Virus record (IMG/VR): IMGVR_UViG_3300014638_000010
Location: 1-27,158 of that record
Strand: one strand, 5' to 3'
Source: a virus
Lineage: Duplodnaviria > Caudoviricetes
Length of the DNA: 27,158 bases
Shown: piece by piece, positions 23,416 to 27,158 of the stretch
Layout of the letters: each line of letters opens with the position of its first letter
How positions within the stretch are numbered: position 1 is the first letter of the stretch
Translations under genes and position numbers: made by a program
Notes under the pieces: model-generated
Databases searched by the model: none
What the model was told of the DNA's origin: nothing
What the model saw: only the letters and a program-made list of their open reading frames with translations

Positions 23416-24302
23416 GCCGGAAACTCCCGCACGCGCAAATCTTCCGGCCATTCGGCCCAGTTGCCGCCCTTTTTGTCGTGGAAGCCGTAGTGAAGGCCAC
23501 AACCGCACTCGATCGCACACTTTGACAACGGATCTATCGCCATGGCTCCGAGCTGCTTCACGAAGCACGCCACGCCGGCGGCTTTGCACTGCGCGATCAC
23601 GTTCCGCGCCCAGGCGATGTCGAACGGCCGCGCGCCAGGCCCGCTCTCGCCGCCGACGATGATCCAGTCAAGCCGCCGCAGGTCGCCGCTGTCGCCCCAA
23701 TCGAAGGGCTCGAGCCAAGGTTCGAAGTCGATCCTCCTAAGCGCTGGCTCGTAACTTACGAATCGCTTCGCGGCTGGCGTTTTGAGTAGGAGCGGGATTC
23801 GCGCGTCGGCTGTCGGCTCGTCCTCCACGGAGACGCCGAGCCACACGTTCGGAAGGTTCCAGCCGCCTCTTATTCCCGGCCCGCGCACGATGTTCTCCCG
23901 GCTCATGAAGGCCAGCATCCGCTCAGGCCTTTTCGTGAGCACCTGAAACGTGTGCTGTGGGCATAGGGCCATCGTCGCGAACACGCGGTCAATCGCCTCA
24001 TCGGCAAGACCTTCGTGGAATAGGTCGCTCTGCGAATTGACGAAGATGCGCCGCGGCTTTGTCCATTTCAATGGACGGAAAAGCATCTTCTCGACGAGCT
24101 CGACCTTGCCCGTCCATCGCGGCCCAGACTCGCGCATCACCGCGAAAGGCTCGCCCGCAGAGTCGCGCTGCAGGCCTCGCACGGCATAGCGCGCCGCGTA
24201 ACAGTTCAGGCAGCCGCCGGCTTCCGAGCCCTTCGCCATCGAGCACCCGCGCACCGGATTCCAGGTTGAGTCCGTCCACTGGATCGCGGTCTTGTCACCC
24301 AT
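23412..24302 (-). CDS. DUF5131 / phage Gp37-Gp68 family protein
   Basis: IQWTDSTWNPVRGC...GC.NCYA, IFVNSQSDLFH, FQVLTKRPER, NVWLGVSVE, WIIVGGESGPGAR, FVKQLG. Confidence 0.95.
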   Translation of the reverse strand: MGDKTAIQWTDSTWNPVRGCSMAKGSEAGGCLNCYAARYAVRGLQRDSAGEPFAVMRESGPRWTGKVELVEKMLFRPLKWTKPRRIFVNSQSDLFHEGLADEAIDRVFATMALCPQHTFQVLTKRPERMLAFMSRENIVRGPGIRGGWNLPNVWLGVSVEDEPTADARIPLLLKTPAAKRFVSYEPALRRIDFEPWLEPFDWGDSGDLRRLDWIIVGGESGPGARPFDIAWARNVIAQCKAAGVACFVKQLGAMAIDPLSKCAIECGCGLHYGFHDKKGGNWAEWPEDLRVREFPA

Positions 24303-24546
24303 TCGAGGGTGCCTCAGCCGGGGGCGCCGGCAGCGTGCGGCCTTCCGCTATCGACACACGCTCCAGAAGGCTGAGCGCGACGTCGCGCGCGAACTCTGGC
24401 GTCATCATCAGGCCTTGCAACGGCTGGTTAAAGCGAAGGCCGACGAGCGTCTTGCCATCATGGTCGGCCGTGATCGCGTGAACCTCAACCGGCTTCATCT
24501 CCTGCGCCGCTGGTGCGCGCATCTGCTTAATTCTTTTCTGGCTCAT
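24295..24546 (-). CDS. 83-aa hypothetical protein
   Basis: AGGAG SD; overlaps both neighbours. Confidence 0.7.
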   Translation of the reverse strand: MSQKRIKQMRAPAAQEMKPVEVHAITADHDGKTLVGLRFNQPLQGLMMTPEFARDVALSLLERVSIAEGRTLPAPPAEAPSNG

Positions 24547-24703
24547 GTTCTTTGCTCCTGTGTTGATCTTCGATGCGCTCGAACGTCGCCACTCGTGCGA
24601 AATCCCCGACGGAGCGCTGATCGAGCTCTGCGGCCTCTTCGATTGCCTCTTTCTCCTCCGGTGTTACGCGGAAAATGATAGAGGCTGTGCGTCGTTCCTT
24701 CAT
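24527..24703 (-). CDS. Ribbon-helix-helix DNA-binding protein (DUF1778/MobC-like)
   Basis: Start revised to ATG 24703; IIFRVTPEEKEAIEEAA....RSVGDFAR. Confidence 0.8.
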   Translation of the reverse strand: MKERRTASIIFRVTPEEKEAIEEAAELDQRSVGDFARVATFERIEDQHRSKEHEPEKN

Positions 24704-25482
24704 GCCTGCGGGTTTCCGATCTTCTCGGCCCATTCGATCATCAGGCCAGCCGTTTGTTTCTCCGCGCCTCGGAGTTTCCGCCCGTGTCCCAGCGCCCAGT
24801 CGGCGAGCTTTCGAGACGCGATGTGCAGCGCCGCCGCCTCGCTTTCGGAAGGCCCGTTCTCGATCCGGAGTGGGTTGACTTCGATGGCTTTCGCGAGCTG
24901 GGCCTGGAACCCCCAGTGCCATCCCTGCTTCGACTCCACAACGAAGAGTTGCGCGACCGCGGCTTTTCCAAACTTCTTGGCGGTGATCGGCTTGATGCCC
25001 GGAAAGCGGCCGTCGTCGTCCGGGACCGCCACGGCCGAAGCCGAGGCCTCGGTAATTTGCAGCTGTTCCGGTGCCTTGATGATAAGATCGCCCTCGCCCC
25101 TCCCGACTTTGAGCAGGTGTTCTTGCAGCTGGAAGGGAGGTCCGTCGTAGAAAGCGCTGAAAACCAGCATCACTTTTTTCGGCTTTTTCTTTCCGTCGCC
25201 CAGCCGCTTTGCCGCGAAGTGCGAAACCTCTACGCCGTTCAGCTCCAATTTGTTGATCTTGCCGACGTCATGCGTGAGCGTCGCGTCGATGAACTGGGCC
25301 TGCAGCGCAATATTCGTGAATCCCTCCCGGATGGCTCCTCCCTTCTCGAAAACAAGCCACGGCACCCCGAGCTCGACGGCTTCTTTCTGCGTAAGCAGGG
25401 CCACGAAAGAGAGCTTGTTTTTGAGCACTTTTCCGGTCGTCTGCTCGTTCTTGTATAGCTGCGCTTTGATCAGTGTGGTCAT
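24700..25482 (-). CDS. 260-aa hypothetical protein
   Basis: AAGGA SD; protein-like composition; no motif recognised. Confidence 0.8.
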   Translation of the reverse strand: MTTLIKAQLYKNEQTTGKVLKNKLSFVALLTQKEAVELGVPWLVFEKGGAIREGFTNIALQAQFIDATLTHDVGKINKLELNGVEVSHFAAKRLGDGKKKPKKVMLVFSAFYDGPPFQLQEHLLKVGRGEGDLIIKAPEQLQITEASASAVAVPDDDGRFPGIKPITAKKFGKAAVAQLFVVESKQGWHWGFQAQLAKAIEVNPLRIENGPSESEAAALHIASRKLADWALGHGRKLRGAEKQTAGLMIEWAEKIGNPQA

Positions 25483-25483
25483 T

Positions 25484-26107
25484 CTATTCCTTTCCTTTCT
25501 CTGTGATACACCAGCGTGAGGTTCCGTCTTCCTCCGAGGCCAGTTTCATGATTAACCCTTCTGCCTTCAGCTGGCCCGTCACCGTATAGATCACGGCCAT
25601 ATTGTCCACGGCGCTGAGCTGCGTCGCGAGCTCCATCGGCGATCGCGGCATCCGCCGAAGCTCCGCCAGAATCCTTTGCCGCCAGCTCGCTCCCGGAAGG
25701 TCTCCCGCGTCCCGCGGACGTTCACGCAAATGGGTCGCCGGCTGGCGCGCCACTTGAGCACCGCGCTTTTTCGGAACCGGGCGGTCGAGGCCTTCGAAAT
25801 CCGGCTTCGATGGCTTCCGCTTCATCCGCGGCTTGCGCGCCATTCGGTTCGCGTGGTCCACGAGTATCTCAGCCGATGGCCTCGCTGCCGGCGGGTTCGC
25901 GGGTTCCTCTTCGAACTCGCCCAGCAGGCGCGCCGCGCACTCCCGGATGCGCAACGCCGCGCTAGCGATGACCCGCAGCGTCCCGCGGTAACCGTCCTCG
26001 CCCGATCCGGGCAGCGCTTTCAGCTTGTCCCGGATGACGATGTTGTCCGCGGCCATTTGCCCGTATTTCAGGATCTCGGCCTGAACTTCCGTGTTGAAAA
26101 TCCCCAC
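25484..26107 (-). CDS. Protein with a C-terminal winged-HTH domain
   Basis: Start revised to GTG 26107 (GGAGG upstream); RILAELRRMPRSPMELA....IYTVTGQLKAEGLI.......WCITEKG. Confidence 0.7.
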   Translation of the reverse strand: MGIFNTEVQAEILKYGQMAADNIVIRDKLKALPGSGEDGYRGTLRVIASAALRIRECAARLLGEFEEEPANPPAARPSAEILVDHANRMARKPRMKRKPSKPDFEGLDRPVPKKRGAQVARQPATHLRERPRDAGDLPGASWRQRILAELRRMPRSPMELATQLSAVDNMAVIYTVTGQLKAEGLIMKLASEEDGTSRWCITEKGKE

Positions 26108-26108
26108 G

Positions 26109-26333
26109 CTAAACGTACCTCCACGTGAAGGCGCCGCCCTTGATGTGCTTGTTGAAAAAGCTTCCGTGGCTCGGCGCGTTTTCAAGCCCCGCAGCCAGCT
26201 GCGGAGGCACGTTATCGTACTCCGCGACCTTGCCGCTTGAAAACTTCACGCGCAACGTCCGCGTCGCTTCATCGTAGCCAAAGTGCGTCGTGTTGCTCCC
26301 GCTATGGGCGTGTTTCAGGGGTTTCAGCTCCAT
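26109..26333 (-). CDS. KTSC domain protein
   Basis: SN...GYD....TLRVKFSSG...EY.NVP......L..APS.GSFFNKHIK; AAGGAG SD. Confidence 0.92.
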   Translation of the reverse strand: MELKPLKHAHSGSNTTHFGYDEATRTLRVKFSSGKVAEYDNVPPQLAAGLENAPSHGSFFNKHIKGGAFTWRYV

Positions 26334-26348
26334 TGGTTCTCCTTTTTC

Positions 26349-26501
26349 CTAGTCTGCACCCTCCGCACATTGGACGGCCCAGTGGGCGGGAGGGTAATCC
26401 ACAGACCGAGCGCCACAGTCCCGGCACTCATAAACGAGCGACATGATTCCGCAGAAGGCTTCCCCTCCGCAGATTCCGCAGCTTGTCGAGTCCCAAAACA
26501 T
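26349..26501 (-). CDS. 50-aa zinc-ribbon protein
   Basis: ATG 26501 in TGATG overlap; CGICGG...YECRDCGA. Confidence 0.6.
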   Translation of the reverse strand: MFWDSTSCGICGGEAFCGIMSLVYECRDCGARSVDYPPAHWAVQCAEGAD

Positions 26502-27158
26502 CACCGTACCTGCAAGGTGTTCCGTCCGACGATCAGCTCCGCGCCAGGCACGGGCGATTCCATCCGGATCTTCCCGCGGCCGTTGCATTTCGGGCATGGC
26601 GTTCCAGCCGGCATCCTGCCCTCGACGCACTTCCCGGGGCACGGTTGGTCCCGGAACGGATACCAGTCCTCGAGCGCTTTCTTCACGGCCGCGCCGTCGA
26701 TGCCGTAGGTGACCGCCGGCATTTCCGCGCTGTCCGGCAGCAGCGATTCGTCGACCGAGCGGACGGCGCGCATGATCTTCACCCAGGTGATCGCGGGAAC
26801 GGTAACTGTCGCCGTCTGATACTCCAGCGGGATTGAGCCTGGGCTCGTATATTGGACCTGGTTCGCGATCGCTCTCGCGCTCATCTTCAGCGTGTGGCCT
26901 TCCAGCACGGGCAAAAGCCCCGCGCGCCGGCCGTGGTCGACGACGGGAAGCCGTTCAATGTACCGCAGAACCCACGTTCGGATGCCTTCCGCGATCTTCG
27001 CGAGCCGCCGGCCGCGCTCCGCGATGTCCTTCGAGTACTTCTTCGCGAACTCAGCCTGCTCCTCGAAATGCAGAATGGCTTCAGCGACGGCTTGCCGCTT
27101 GTCCTGCGCGACCGCGAGTGCCTCTTGGATCACCAGGCCCAGCTTTTCTTCCTGCTCG
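26501..27158 (-). CDS. Siphovirus Gp157-like protein with a zinc-finger insert; 5' end outside window
   Basis: Frame open to the window edge; coiled coil, LEG..LKMS.R, IP.EY, D..AVKKAL and VPGAEL.....LQVR end. Confidence 0.8.
   Translation of the reverse strand, partial: EQEEKLGLVIQEALAVAQDKRQAVAEAILHFEEQAEFAKKYSKDIAERGRRLAKIAEGIRTWVLRYIERLPVVDHGRRAGLLPVLEGHTLKMSARAIANQVQYTSPGSIPLEYQTATVTVPAITWVKIMRAVRSVDESLLPDSAEMPAVTYGIDGAAVKKALEDWYPFRDQPCPGKCVEGRMPAGTPCPKCNGRGKIRMESPVPGAELIVGRNTLQVR

Larger units (their letters stand above)
1..27158 (-). mobile_element. Tailed bacteriophage/prophage segment (early accessory genes, packaging, head, neck/fibre and lysis genes); both ends lie outside the window
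   Basis: Co-oriented terminase, portal, scaffold, major capsid, adaptor-like and endolysin genes; no host housekeeping genes; no integrase or att site visible. Confidence 0.97.

Noticed and set aside
24527-24703. RHH protein as the antitoxin of a TacA/GNAT toxin-antitoxin pair
   Set aside because: No GNAT or other recognisable toxin is adjacent
23-26836. Numerous long plus-strand ORFs (e.g. 7560..8777, 11304..12554, 14552..15514)
   Set aside because: Antisense shadows of well-supported minus-strand genes in GC-rich DNA; Arg-rich, with no recognisable motifs
1-27158. tRNA/rRNA genes, integrase/att sites, reverse transcriptase or DGR repeats; host assignment
   Set aside because: None recognised by eye. 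An Acidobacteriota-like host is only an impression from composition and signal peptides and cannot be supported from this window

Overview
GC-rich tailed-phage (or prophage) segment with essentially all real genes on the minus strand, many joined by ATGA/TGATG stop-start overlaps. In transcription order (right to left): an early/accessory block (Gp157-like protein, KTSC, winged-HTH, RHH, DUF5131/Gp37-Gp68, VRR-NUC-like nuclease, small Zn-finger and AT-hook proteins); a ~260 bp stretch that looks like a bacterial DnaA-dependent origin; a collapsed ParB/methylase-like remnant; the small terminase, a FliA-like sigma factor and the large terminase; the portal; ~11 small genes; scaffold, head proteins and major capsid protein; beta-rich virion/fibre proteins and two adaptor-like paralogues; and an M15-peptidase endolysin. 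Most notable observations: (1) an oriC-like DnaA-box cluster with a tandem-box, 4-bp spacer, DnaA-trio arrangement inside phage DNA; (2) a phage sigma factor together with a recurring GGCAAT(T/A) motif 8-11 nt upstream of late-gene starts that lack a Shine-Dalgarno (SD) sequence, suggesting a leaderless late regulon; (3) four adjacent small basic proteins sharing a C-terminal [LM]xxN[LM]MxGG-like tag, a candidate capsid-loading signal; (4) a structured RNA leader enclosing the ribosome-binding site of the head operon. All calls come from reading the sequence by eye; no database searches were run.
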